Source: Selaginella moellendorffii (taxonomy: Eukaryota; Plantae; Lycopodiophyta). Taken from it: a stretch of 36,411 bases of DNA. The number at the start of each line of letters is the position of its first letter. The first letter of the stretch is position 1. Shown in pieces: positions 12,920-25,365 of this stretch. Position numbers and translations under genes: made by a program. Below the pieces are notes generated by a model, which saw nothing but the letters and a program-made list of their open reading frames with translations, had not been told where the DNA came from and did not search any database. The DNA lies in NCBI RefSeq assembly GCF_000143415.4, contig NW_003314297.1, positions 869,978-906,388 of the forward strand, written 5' to 3'.

Positions 12920-13450
12920 TTAGTCGTACATCCTATGAGCATTGATATCAATCCTGGTAAGAATTTTCCGTACATTCGTGAGTGGATTTCCAACAGCTAG
13001 AGTAGTCGCCTCGCTGCCAGCCTCGTCCAGATCCTCCAGCCTCCCACACACAAGCCCCAGCGAGCATGCCAGGAGACGAAACCTGTGTCCCCGCGGACCC
13101 ACCGAAAAGGACTGATGAAGAAGCTTGCTCCGATTGTTGAGGAGAGCTTCCAGTGAAGGATACCAGCGCAAGCGGTGGCCAAATTGGAGCACAACCCATG
13201 GCTCCGAATCTCCAAACCATGGATCTCCGGCAGTTCTGCTAGCCACAGCTTCTCTCAGCTCCTGCGAGCGTGACAGGCGATGCCATTGCTAGCAGACGCC
13301 CCCGGCTTTGACGATAATATCTGCTGGCTTGAGGCGAGACAAGATGTCGAGCACCAGATCAGCGCCCAGATCATCAAACGCCCCCATGCTCTCGGAACAA
13401 CAGACTCGCTGCCTCTTGGCTCCTTCCTCTTGTTCCAAGTATCTCTTCAT
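12920..13450 (-). pseudogene. F-box protein pseudogene (in-frame stop, C-terminally truncated)
   Basis: Reading from ATG 13450 gives MKRYLEQEEGAKRQRVCCSESMGAFDDLGADLVLDILSRLKPADIIVKAGGVC*QWHRL, an F-box motif with TAG at 13289-13291. It continues in frame into LLACSLGLVC...LAVGNPLT, typical of plant F-box proteins. Confidence 0.82.
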
Positions 13451-13699
13451 TCACAGAGTGCCAATGGTGCGGAAAAAGGACCTGTCAACTGTGGGTATAT
13501 TCGGAGACCTATTTCCGGTCCATTGGTATAGCTTGAACTATATGCTGGGTAAAAGTGTGCGAGGAGCGATCCAACCGGCCATAGCGAAATTAAAGAGCTT
13601 TTGGCTGCTTGATCGATCGAGAAGATTCGACTTAAAAAACCTCTTTGACCGTACGCCTGCTGGAGCAACCGCGTACGGACACTAAGTTTGGAAGAATCC

Positions 13700-14062
13700 C
13701 TGGGATAGAGGGGTTGCGTCGAATGCTCCCCAGTGGAATGTGGTGTCTCTCACGGCACTGGTAGCGGCTTACGGCCAAAACGGGCACCTAGATCTCGCCA
13801 AAGGCTGGATGCCCGAGAGGAACATCATCACCTGGAACTGGATGCTAGCTTCTCTCGCGGGAGATGGAAGCCATCGTCTGGAAGAAGTGTTTTCGCTCAT
13901 GCCCTCCTGGGACCTGGCATCGTATAACTCTCTCGTCCAGGCACACGCGGAGCGAGGTGATCTTCGACACAATGTCCAAGCGCGATTGGATGGCTTTCTC
14001 TAGAGCAGGAAAGGTTGACGAGGCTCGGAAACTCTTCGACGCTTCACCGGAGCCGCGGAACG
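13700..14062 (+). pseudogene. PPR (PLS-type) gene fragment
   Basis: PQWNVVSLTALVAAYGQNGHLDLAK..MPERNIITWNWML..VFSLMPSWDLASYNSLVQAHAERG, then FSRAGKVDEARKLFD in another frame. Confidence 0.85.
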
Positions 14063-14069
14063 CTGCCCT

Positions 14070-14410
14070 GTGGCACGATCATCGCCGTCCAAGTCACACG
14101 GTCTCGAGTTTCCATGCCGTCGAAGATGCGCCTGGCCTCGCTAATCATCCTGCTGCTCGCGAAGGCTTCGATCATCACGTTCAGCACGACTGTGTCCCAC
14201 TGAGGCATAGCGTGGAAGAACTCCTGAGCGTCTGCGATGCGACAGCAGCGAGCGTAGGCCGAGACAAGGATCGCGAAGGCTGCTAAGTTTTTGCTGTGCC
14301 ATCGAGTCGAAGCTCCTCTTTACCTCGTCGAGATTTCCAGATTGACCATAACCTTCGAGCATGAGCGTGAACACGACCAAGCTCCGTTGTGGGATTTTCT
14401 GGAACAAGGA
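14070..14410 (-). pseudogene. PPR gene fragment, opposite strand
   Basis: LFQKIPQRSLVVFTLMLEGYGQSGNLDEVKRSFDSM, then after a frameshift AFAILVSAYARCCRIADAQEFFHAMPQWDTVVLNVMIEAFASSRMISEARRIFDGMETRDRVTWTAMI. Confidence 0.85.
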
Positions 14411-14735
14411 GATCCTTAGTACGTACTTGGAATAATATGGTACACGAAGTTCTAGATCAAGAGAGTAGTTTAAGAAAGTCACAAATTCTATTTGTCAAAA
14501 TTCTTGCGGTGGTTGAATCATCTCATTTATGTCAGCTCTTTTGCCCTCTCAGGGGAAGGGAAAATCTCTCAGGTTCACGCGTTTCTTCGCGATTTCACGA
14601 GCCGCTACGCATTTGGGCGCAAACGAGGTCTAGAGTTCGCTGATCCGGTGAGTGTCCTTTTTCTTTAGATTTCTGGCGATTTGTCTGTGATGAAGCCACG
14701 CAAATCTCATCAGTCTCCGGCCTTTTTTCCGCAGG

Positions 14736-17700
14736 ATGGCTGACAAAAGGAAAAAAATGCCGCCTGTGGAGGAAGTTCTACAAGGATCTGTCGTCTACAC
14801 ACGATCCAACCTTGAAGGTTTTGTACAAAAAATCTGTTTTTGGGTGGTTTTCTAGTCTCAAAGCTATGCTTCCAGGCCCAAGGCTCACTGGGTTTCCCTT
14901 AAAATTGTCCGTGTGGCTCATGGAGAGTAGGCTCTTTGGTGGGATTCTATACAAGCACTTGCTCAAGACCAATGGGGTGTCAAAGGTATCTTACAAATAT
15001 ATATTTCTTTTCCTTTATTTTTTTTCTTTCTTTGTTTCGTTTGGCAGGTATTTGATGGCATAGATATTCCAGATGGGCCAATGTTCCTTCCAGAGTACCC
15101 AGCTCCTGGTAAAAGCTAGCTGGAGTTTTTTCAGTTTGTCTCTAGCTTTATAACTTTCATTTTTGCAGCCGAGGAACCGGATACACAGACTTGTGAAAGT
15201 GATGATCCTCTGCTTCGTGTGGAACAAGCTTGGAAATGTGTCCCGGATCATACCAACACGGACTATGCGTTTAGATTTTGGAGCATAAGAGATTATGCCG
15301 AGGCTTATAGATCCAAGAAACTAACGCCAACTCAGGTGAGCTTTCATGGTTATAGCTCTTGACATTCTTTTACCATCTTCGGGATTGCTCCAGGTTGCCG
15401 AGAGGTTCATCAAAGCTGTGGATGACTCGCAACGTAGAAATCCACCAATGGCTTACTTCGTGTCAATGGACAAACAGGACTTACTCAAGCAAGCCGCTGC
15501 TTCCACGGAGAGGTTTGCAAATGGTGCGACTCGGTTTTCTTCTTTTCAACCAGTGTAGTAACTCCATCGTTTGGTGCAGGGAATCCCATCTCTATACTGG
15601 ATGGAATTTTTATAGCGATCAAAGACGACATCGACTGCCTTCCTTACGAAACCAATGGTAACTCATTCTTCTCTACTGGAGACTTTAGTTTTCATCTAAA
15701 GAGCAACCACGCAGGAGCGTCGGTGTGGGTGAAAAAGATCCGAAAGACCAAGGATGATTCAGTCTGCGTTTCACGGCTGAGAAAATGCGGAGCCATCTTT
15801 CCTGGAAAAGCCAACATGCACGAGGTCGGCATGGGAACCACGGGAAACAATCCATTTTTCGGGTAAGCGCTTCGCAAGAGCTTTTTAGAATCCCCAAGCG
15901 TGGAAATTCCACCGTGTTGTTACTCTCAAGATTCGATCCATTTTTCACAGGACAGTGAGGAATCCATACGACGTTAAACGCTACACCGGAGGATCTTCGT
16001 CGGGAAGCAGCGCTCTCGTCGCTTCAGGGCTGTGTCCAGCAGCTCTTGGAACCGACGTCGGAGGTTTCGCAAACAATTTTCGTTCATAAAACTTCCATCG
16101 ATGCGTTTTGTATTTTTTTTTTTTTTTTCCTTCTTGAAGGTTCTATCAGAATTCCTTCTTCCTTGTGTGGAATCGTCGGGCTCAAAACCACCACTGGTCG
16201 CACGACATGCCGCGGGTATGTCTTGATCTCTTTTCTACTGCTCTTCCTAAAGTTTTCATGTTGCTGGTTTTCCAGAGGATTAAAGGGAGGATGGAGCATG
16301 CTGTGCGTCGGTCCAATCGCGGCAAACATTGAGGATTTGATGATCGTGTAAGGAGCTTTTGCTTTTACAAAGATTGCGTATCACTGTATTGAATCTCATT
16401 GATGCAGCTATGCAGCTGTTCTTGGCAGTCATGAAAGCGATGTCCTCTACTCAAAACCTGTAAAACTCCTTAACACTTTGAATTTATTTTTCCTTACAGT
16501 GTATTCCTTTTGTGCAGCCGCCTCCCTGCTTTCCATTGCTTGAGAAAAATTCCATCCTAGGCAATCTAAAGTTTGGAAAATACTCCAAGGTACTTCACAG
16601 CACTTGAGATTTGGAAGTTCTGATCGAGAAGTCATGCCAGTGGTATTACGACGTGTTGGATCAAGAAATAACCAAGGCTTGCGACAGAACACTCGACGCG
16701 CTTAAAAGCGAGTTTGGCACTGAGGCAAGAACAACAGAATTTCCTCTTCGTCTTTCTCAACTAGTTCTCGTCTATGCTCAAACTTCCACGCTGCAGACTG
16801 TCGAGATCGTGATTCCGGAGCTTGAGGAACTTCGCGCTGCGCACTTGGTAACTTGCGGATCAGAGATCATGACCTCCCTCAACCACGACTACAACTACGT
16901 GTAAGTTTTTACCTTCCCCTTTGAAGCTAACAAGGAAAGGTTCTTCAACGCTCTTTCTTGTGTCTCGGCAGTAGAAAGGATATAAGTTACGAGGTGAGAG
17001 GGACACTGGCGATTTTTAAGCATTTCAATGCGAGCTACTACATAGGTTCTCAATGTCTAAGGTGTGCTTTGTCTTGGCATTTCTTTCTAATCTCGATAGA
17101 AATCTCGACAGGCGGCGCAACATGTACTATTATATGGAGGCATTTAAAAAGGTCGACATTATCGTTGTACCAACGACACCGTAAGCGTAGAGAGAAAAAA
17201 AAAAAGGTTTTCTTTTCCAAATTTTAATTTTTTTTTTTTTTACTTGTTTAGATGCACAGCTCCAGTGATACCACAGGACTCGTTAAGCATAGGTGAATCA
17301 GACTTCGTAAAAGTTGGTAAGAGCTTTTATTCCGGCTCTAAGTAAAAGAAGTATAAACTCTCTTGTCACAGGGACTTTGATGAGATTCATCGCGACTGGC
17401 AACTTGCTTGGCCTTCCCTGTCTTAGCGTCCCGGTCGGTACCAAAATCGATTTCATCTATCCTCTCGTCCAAATCTTTGACGAGCTTTTCCTTCGCAGGT
17501 TGGCTATGACGAACAAGGGCTGCCAATTGGCCTTCAGCTCATCGGCCGTCCATGGCAAGAAGCAACGCTCCTGAGAGTAGGATTTGCAATCCAGGTAACG
17601 AATTCATCACCGTTTCTTTTCTTTCAATGCATTCTTCTCTCTCTCTGAGCTCGCGTTCTATCAACAACAGGAGCTTCACGCGGCTGCAAGGAAGGCCCCC

Positions 17701-17745
17701 AAAGTAATTTACGATCTTCTAGAGCCGACCATAGAAATGATTTAA
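14736..17745 (+). CDS. FAAH: Fatty acid amide hydrolase (amidase signature family), multi-exon
   Basis: [14 protein letters not shown] start; [14 protein letters not shown]; [17 protein letters not shown]; [17 protein letters not shown]; [23 protein letters not shown]; [19 protein letters not shown]; stop TAA 17743-17745. Probable 5' UTR intron 14648-14734. Confidence 0.95.
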
Positions 17746-17766
17746 GAAGAGATCGTACCATTTGAT

Positions 17767-19451
17767 TCATTTCTTAAGACGCTGTTCTGTTTGGGCCGAA
17801 GATTCGCAATCACCAGTTTGAATGAGATCCTGCAGCTCGTCTAACACTGCCGCATAGATAAAGTGGTACTGTGCCTGCAACGTCAAAACTAAGCTTAGTA
17901 CATAATGATCTCGAATTCTTTTATAATTTCATTACCTTTGTCTGTACCATTCCATATCTGTGATCCCTCAAACGCATAACTGTATCTTGGAGATTGACAG
18001 CAGTCAAGTCACCTTTCAGTATCCTTCGCAAAGTTTGGTCGATTCCAATATATGCCCCACTTCGTCCAATCCCAGCACTAGATAGAATACGGCGCAGTTT
18101 AAAGAAAAGCCGTGATGGACATGGCGGAGTTTACCTGCAGTGGACGACAATGGGACCGGCATCGTCCGGTATCGTGCTTATGCATCGATAGAGCTCCCGA
18201 ATTGGTCTTGTATACGCTGGAACTCCGTGGTCTGGCCAGTGAAGGTACTCCAAATGCAAAACGCACAAAGGAGGTTCTTGAGTGAGCTACGCAAGAGACA
18301 CCTGCTAGTTTTTCAGAATCACAGATAAATCCAGGACCAACATACCTCGACAGGCTGGACTTCAAATACTCTCTTCGTAATCGAGTGACTACTGTGGCCA
18401 AGACCTTTGTTTGTCACTCTCAGACGACCATAAACTTGTTGCTCATTAGCTGCTGGTGGAAAATACGGTGCGCATTTATCCTGTTGTAGAAAGCGTGAGT
18501 AGAAGAAGCATGGAAGCATGGGATGGGATTTACCAGGCTACCATGCACCAAACTCGTCAGCATGATAATGGCGGGACACCTCTGCTGCATCACCATCTCC
18601 CAAAAATCCGCTATAGTTGTTTTCAAGGGCCCCTGTGTCGCAATAAACGAATGACCAAACGCGGGAGACTGTTGCAACACACAAAGTAAGCATCTCGTGA
18701 AGCCGCGTAGAATGCAAGTAAAGTAACCTCTACGAAATTCGCGTTGATGTAGTCAGAGTCGGATTCTTTAGTTTTTCGTAGTATCACACGCGTCTCATCA
18801 ACTAGCAGCGAGAAAAAAAATCAAGGATCTACAGCCAACTTGGAAGAGAATGAAGGGACAGAAAAAAGGATACAAGGCAGCACGTCGCTGTATCTGTCTT
18901 TGTTGTAACATGCATTTGACGCGGCCGCTTTGAATTTCCCAATAAGTTCTCGTTTCGGTAACGAGCTAAGCTGCGAGAGATCGAAACAATTGAGTTTGTA
19001 GATAGCAATGAAGTGCACTGTAGAACAAGCAATCACAACTTTCCAGACCAAGATAGAGAAGAAAGACCAAAAGACAATCTATATGAAGAACACGAAGCAA
19101 TCAAGCAAGAAAAAAGAAAAATTCTAAAACAATACGAACCCTGAGGGAGGAGAATTCCCTGTAAATGCTCTCCGGCCTCTCCAGCTTCCAGTTAATCGCA
19201 TCAAACGCCTCCTTGCAAGCAGCGATCTCCGCGGGAGTGAGCTCGGGCTTCCAGAAGCAATCGCTGTCCCCAGCTACCACTGCGCTGCTGGAAGTCAAGG
19301 AGAAATCCTTCCCGGCCGAAGAGCAAGGGATTCTTGGCATGGCTGAGACGCGCTGCGGGAGCGTAGGCGTGGCAGGAGAATTGGAAGTCATTCTCGGCCC
19401 GGAAAACGACCAGCACCAGGAGCTCAGATTACCCCGAAATCCCAGTGGCAT
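17767..19451 (-). CDS. PTP1: Classical protein tyrosine phosphatase PTP1-like, multi-exon
   Basis: KDRYSDVLP (pTyr loop), [44 protein letters not shown] (split by an intron) and GMVQTK..QYHFIY. The start codon is uncertain. Confidence 0.95.
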
Positions 19452-19921
19452 CTATCTCCTACTCCCGAGATCTTGGAGAAGATCGAAAAGAAAATCAAAC
19501 CTAGGAGCCGCGCCGCGCCGCGCCATGGATCGCAAGATCAAACATTCCGACAAGGGAAAAACAAGCCGTTGGATCGCTGCATTACGATCCGGAAGTACTG
19601 CCCAATGATAGCCGTTAGAAGTATTACGTTGGGGAGGTGCCAGCCGTTGGATCTAGACCCGATTTAACCTGTTGACTGGCTAGTCTTTATATATAAGCTT
19701 TTTTATTTACCGCATCCATTAACCGCGCCCTTTCCCACCGTGACTTTTACTTTTTATCCTGGGCTGTATACCCTGTTCCTTGTATGAGAGAAAGGCCTTT
19801 GACACTTCACATGGAAGTGGCTTCTCTGTGAATCGCTTAGAGAAGACCCTAGGTATTTCATTTGGGAGAGGAGTTCTTGAGCGATGCGCGTGTGAGGCGG
19901 GAGGGAGATTGTGAGAGAGAG

Positions 19922-21734
19922 ATGGAGGCTGAGGAGGCAGCGGCGGGAGGAGGAGGGGAGGATTTGGCGAGATCGAGCTTCGGCGAGGAGGAGGCGGCGG
20001 GGACAGCGGCGCCAGCGAACGGGGTCGCTGCTTCTCCAGGTTAGGTCTTTGCTCGCATTGCTGTGAGGGAATTTGCAAGATTTGAGGCTGGATCTGGCGC
20101 CCTGAGGCGAAATTTTTCTTGTCGGATCGATCGCAATGCGCCAGCCGAATGTAGATTTTGCCAGCTTCCTGGAGCTGCGCAAGAGAGAGTGATGCATTGC
20201 CTGCTAGATAGGTGGAGTCTCGACCCTAGAAGTCACAAGGAGAGAAAGAGAGAGAGAGAGAGAGAGGAGAGTGAGAGGTGGAGTTCTAGAGGCATAATTT
20301 TGCTCCAAATTGGACTTCTAGGACGGAGGATCTCATGGAATTTCTTTTTGCAGAAAACAATGCTGGTGAAACTACGACGAACTTGAGATTCCTAGTGACC
20401 AACACGGCTGCCGGATCAGTGATTGGCAAGGGAGGTTCCACCATTAGCGACTTTCAAGCTCAATCTGGAGCTCGAATTCAGTTGTCCCGGAACCATGAAT
20501 ACTTCCCCGGTACCTCAGATCGCGTCGCTGTATTGAGTGGGTCCCTAGCAGACGTCTTGACTGCGTTTCAGCTCATCATCTCAAAGATTATCAAAGATGT
20601 AAGGTCGGATCTCTATCCTTGAGTTTCAGCTCTGTCTTCTAGTTTCTTATTCGGGCCTGTTTGTGTTTTGTCTTTTTTTTTTTTCCCCTCTTGGCAGGAC
20701 AACCAAGATGATACAAAATCCATTCAGGTGAAGCTTTTGGTTCCCAAGACTGTCTGCGGGGCAATCATTGGAAAGGGAGGCTCCAACATCAAGTAAGCAA
20801 GTAGAGACTTATTTTTTCTTTCTGTTTCCCAGCCAGCTTATGGCCGTTTTTGTTAGAAAATTCGTTGAGGACTCGCAAGCCAGTATCAAACTCTCATCGC
20901 AAGATCAGCTTCTCCCCGGCGTGATTGATCGCATCGTCACCATCGGAGGAAATGTCGACCAGATTATAAAAGCGGTCACGCTAATTCTTACAAAGCTGAC
21001 GGAAGAATCGAGCTACACCGAGACCACAAGCACACCCCTCGTCTATCCAGGTACAGGGCCGACTCCTTTCATTGTCAGGTGTGTTTATCATGCGTCTCCA
21101 GGACTGCAAAATCTAAGAAGAAACGGCCCTGGCCCCCCAATGCCAGTTGCGTATGGTGCTCCAAGCATTTTGTCTGCGCGGGTAAGTTTCTAAAACTTCC
21201 AAAGCTTGTACTCGTCTCTCAATTTCTTTTCTCGTCTCGCAGGGTATGATGGCGCCGGTGATCGCGTTGCAACCCCCTTATCAGATGGCACTACCAGTCG
21301 TTGAAGTGGGGGCACTCACATCTTCAGTTACAATTGGTATACCTGACGAGCACATCGGATTCATTCTAGGCCGGGCTGGCAAGACGCTTCAAGAACTCCA
21401 GCAGGTAACTCTTCCCTTCTTCCCATCGTTACGTTACAAATCAAACCAAAAAACCTCTGCAGTCTAGCGGCGCGAAGATCAAAGTTTCTGACCGAGGAGA
21501 TTTTGTTACGGGCACAGAGTATAGGTAACTTGGCCAAGCTTCCAATCTAGTATTCATCTTTGCTTCTTTCTTTTCAGGAAAGTAACCATGATAGGCAGCG
21601 GAGAAGCCATCCAAGCGGCTCAATTTTTGCTGACACAGAAGGTCCAACAGAGCTTGGCATCGGATTATGAGCGAGACAACACCAAGCAGCCCAACAACAA
21701 CAGCCTCCAAAATCATCAAAACCAACAGCCATAG
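19922..21734 (+). CDS. BTR1: Three-KH-domain RNA-binding protein, BTR1/Nova-like
   Basis: [103 protein letters not shown]; stop TAG 21732-21734. Confidence 0.92.
20240..20277. repeat. GA-rich microsatellite in intron 1 of the KH gene
   Basis: gagagaaagagagagagagagagagaggagagtgagag. Confidence 0.85.
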
Positions 21735-22129
21735 CCAAACCAAAAACAAAAATTTACACAGGAAAAACTAAGATACCGGATCAAGATCAAAGGTCACAAT
21801 GTAAGCGTTGGAGAGAGAACCCTTGGGTGCTGTTTTTTCCTTTTTTTTTCCTTCCACTATTCTTTGATTGATTCGTAACAGGTACATATTTATACACAAA
21901 CACTCGTGTTAGTAAAGCTTTAGAGCGACGGCTAGGATAAGTTTTGCGTGTCGCGCATCCGACGGCTGTAGCAAGTTTGGCACCGACGGTAGGGATGGGC
22001 CCAACAAAAGGCAATTCTTATTTGTTTTTTCTTCCCTCTTTGCTGGGTTGGGCTTTGGCGCAGCAGGCGGGAAAGCGGCATCGAGGGTTTCCTCCACGCG
22101 CGCTTCTGGGGAGCGTCGCCGCCGGAGCC

Positions 22130-22948
22130 ATGGGATTCATGTCCTTCGCCGGCCGCGTCTTCTTCTCCGCGATCTTCATCCTCTCCGCCTGGCAAAAGTG
22201 AGTGATTCCTCTCTCCTCTTGCCTCTTCTTTCGCGATTCCCATCGAAATCTTTGCTGCTTTGCGGTTTCGTCGAGATCCCCTTGCAGATCTATTCGCTGT
22301 GCTCATGTGTGTGGGATTTTCTTTCCAGGATCAGCGAGTTTGGGTCCGATGGAGGACTGTCGCTCAAGACGCTGGAGCCGAAGTTCGCACTGTTCAAGCA
22401 GCATGTGTCATCCACGTTGCATTTCGAGATCCCAGGCGTGAATGTAAGAAAGAGTGGAGAGCGTCTTTCTTCTCTTTTGCTTTTCTTTCTCCCTTTAACT
22501 TTTAGTTTCGCAGCTCAAGTACTTGCTCATGGCTGCTATAGCGGCCGAAGGATTGGGGGCGATTCTCTTCACTTGTGGAAGCACCATAGGCGCTTATCTT
22601 CTGGTCTGTTTACTGTTTCCAAAAGTCTTTTGCTTGAGTTTGTATGAATGCTACTTGGGCTTTTCTATTCCTTCCTCTTGAATGCTCAAAGCTTGTCTTG
22701 GTGCAGATGATATTTATCGCCACCGTCACGCCGATTATGCACGACTTTTACAACTACGAGCTCTCCAATCCTGCGTATGTCCGAGAGTTCATGCAATTCC
22801 TCAAGGTACCTTCACTGTGTTGATGGAACTATGTTAAACTTCTCTGTCTTTGCAGAACCTGTCCATCTTTGGAGCTCTCCTCTTCTACTTGGGCATGGTG
22901 AACTCGCAGAGGCTGAAGAAGAAGAGCATCAAATCCAAGACCAACTGA
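22130..22948 (+). CDS. HR-like lesion-inducing family membrane protein
   Basis: MGFMSFAGRVFFSAIFILSAWQK-ISEFGSDGG..LEPKF; EGLGAILFTCGSTIGAYLL; TPIMHDFYNY; FLKNLSIFGALLFYLGM..KKKSIKSKTN*. Five exons. Confidence 0.92.
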
Positions 22949-23137
22949 GGTAGAAGTCCATGGTCATGCTTCAATTTTGTTTAGAAACTCCTCCTTAAGC
23001 ATTTGTAGATTTTGTCCATTGATACGATCAAGTTGAATCTCAAACTTAATCATCCATGAATGTTTTATATCTAAAGAATCGAGGGAACCTCCCATATAAA
23101 CAATGAATCCTGGAGCGAAAAGAATGAACACAACGCC

Positions 23138-25197
23138 CTACACGACCGGCGGATCAATCACGCTCGTCTCCTTGTACTTGTAGCCTCTCGCGCAGCGCAC
23201 ATACCACAGCACGTTCACCGCCGCTATCCCGGCCATGGTCGCAAAGTAGTAATCCAAGTGACCACGATTCAAGTTGTTTGAAATCCACCCGGGGCTGGAG
23301 CCGCTGCGCGTGATCTTGGTCACCACCGAGATCATCAGGCTGTTGGTGTAGTATCCCAGTCCGTAAGTCGTGAGCGCCAGGGCGGTCCCCAAGCTCCTCA
23401 TGGAGTCCGGTGCCTGCTCGTAGAAGAACTCGAGCTGCCCGACGAACGTGAAAGTCTCGGCCATCCCGATGAGCGAGTACTGCGGCACTTGCCAGAAGAT
23501 GGTCATTGGAACCGGGTTCACTGCGTCGTCTACCATCCCCAGCGTCGCGGCCATCTCCAAGCGCTTTCTCTCCACTAAACAGGCCGACACCATCGGGAAG
23601 ATGGAGAGGAAGAGGCCGATTCCCATGCGCTGGAGGAGAGTGAAGCCGTGGTGGCGTCCCGAGTATCTCCTCACGAGCTTCACGATGACGCGGTCGTAGA
23701 GTGGAACCATGAGGAGCACCGTCCCCACCTCGAAGAGGGACATGCACGCTGGCGGGACGTAGAAGTCCCGGGCGAGGCGCCGCTCCATTCTCGTGCCTTG
23801 CTCCACGAAGAGGCTGTACATCTGCGCGAAGACGGTCGAGAAGAAGATGTTGCTGGCCCAGATCGGCATGATGCTCACGACTTGCTTCACGTCCTCCACC
23901 TCCGACACGGTGCATAAGTTCCACGGGCTTGGAGGCTGCTCCAGCATTCGATCGCGAGTAGTCACAGTGGCAGCCTTGTCGAGAAATCTAGAGAGAAGAA
24001 AGAAAGTTGTCGAGAGTTTTCTCTAGAAGAAAAAGAAACATGCAAGGCTTACTTGAATTCTTCCGTGTGCTCGATCTTCCTGCTTCCTTCGATGGCAGAG
24101 TTCTTGTCGTGGAAGCCATATAGAAAGGTTTCGTCGGAGGGGACTTCGACCATCCACTTGCGGCACGCCGCGACCAAAACCTGTGCAACTCTGGTGAGCG
24201 CGCTGCCAGCGGGCCTCTTGTGCCTGTAGTATCTCCCACCCGCGAGATAGCACGAGATGGCCAGGACCATTGCCAAGGCCGGGATGGCGTAACCGAGTGA
24301 CCAGCTAATGTTGTCCTGGACGTAAACCAGCACGGTGCTAGCGATGAGCGCGCCCAGGTTTATGGACAAGTAGAACCAGTTGAAGAAGTGGCTCTTCTTC
24401 TTCTTCTCCGACTTGTGCTCGTCGTCGAACTGGTCCGCTCCAAACGCTGAGACGCACGGCTTTATGCCTCCCATTCCCAAGGCCACCAAGTAGAGCGCGG
24501 TGTAGAAAACACTTAGCTGCCCGAGCGATGCCTTTGGGCATTTATGGACATCTGGTGGACAGTCGGGAGGCGTGAGCGATGGTAAAGACGACGACAAAGT
24601 CAGCAAAACCAGCCCCTGAAGTAAAAAAAAAGAAACGTAAGAACAGGAGCTATGGCGAAAAAGCTATAGAGACGATAGAACTTACAACAACGTAGAGTGT
24701 CGAGAAGGCAGCAATAGTTTTGAATCGTCCCAGGAAAGAATCGGCGATGAAAGCGCCGATCAAAGGCGTGAGGTAGCCAGTGCCGGCCCAGACAGCCACA
24801 TTCTTGGCAGCAGTAGCGTTGCCTTGGTGGAGCTCCTTGGTGAGATACATGACGAGGTTGGCATTGATCCCATAGAACGCCAGCCTCTCGCAGCACTCGG
24901 TTCCTTGGAACAAGAAAAGAAAGATCGTCTCCTTTGCTTCAGTGAGAAAAGAGCTTACCAAGAATAAAAGCTGAGGTTCTCCATCCCCCGGTCTTGGATC
25001 GCAGCGCAGGCTGCCCAAACAAGTCGATCGATCCGTCCTGCGTGTAATCCAAAGCATCGCTGATGCTGCTGCTACTGCTTCCAGGCTTGGGCGAAGAGAA
25101 ATCAGACAAAAAGCCCTACTCACGCGAACCAACTCACCCGCGATTCCTCCTCGCCGAGCAAGCGCGCACCGAGATCGCTGCTGGAATGCGACGCCAT
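23138..25197 (-). CDS. NRT1/PTR family (NPF8/PTR-like) peptide transporter
   Basis: ECCERLAFYG (ExxER motif), GAFIADSFLGRFKTI, LYLVALGMGGIKPCVSAFGADQFD, FFNWFY, WQVPQY, GQLEFFYEQAPDSMRSL, WISNNLNRGHLDYYF. ATG at 25197 (MASHSSSDLGARLL). Confidence 0.95.
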
Positions 25198-25315
25198 CGG
25201 CACAGCACGATTGAAGCGCTGGATTCGATTGATCGATTGGCCGGGGAGGCACCACCATGGATCGCGCTCCCTCCCTCCCTAGTTTTCTAGAGACAACCGA
25301 ACATAAAGACTGTCC

Positions 25316-25365
25316 GACGTGGCAGAGGAGCATCTGACGTTGGCAGGACACGTCACTAAACGTCA
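25316..25365. promoter_or_regulatory. Cluster of ACGT/TGACG (bZIP-type) elements upstream of the NPF gene
   Basis: GACGTGGC, TGACGTTGG, GACACGTCA and AACGTCA within 50 bp, ~120-170 bp upstream of the ATG. Confidence 0.45.

Noticed and set aside
14736-17745. FAAH as a peptidoglycan amidase clustered with the PBP
   Set aside because: It belongs to the amidase-signature family, unrelated to N-acetylmuramoyl-L-alanine amidases, and is conserved in plants lacking PBP.
23154-23924. 256-aa alternative-frame ORF in the NPF last exon
   Set aside because: A shadow ORF expected from high-GC3 codon usage, with no recognisable motifs.
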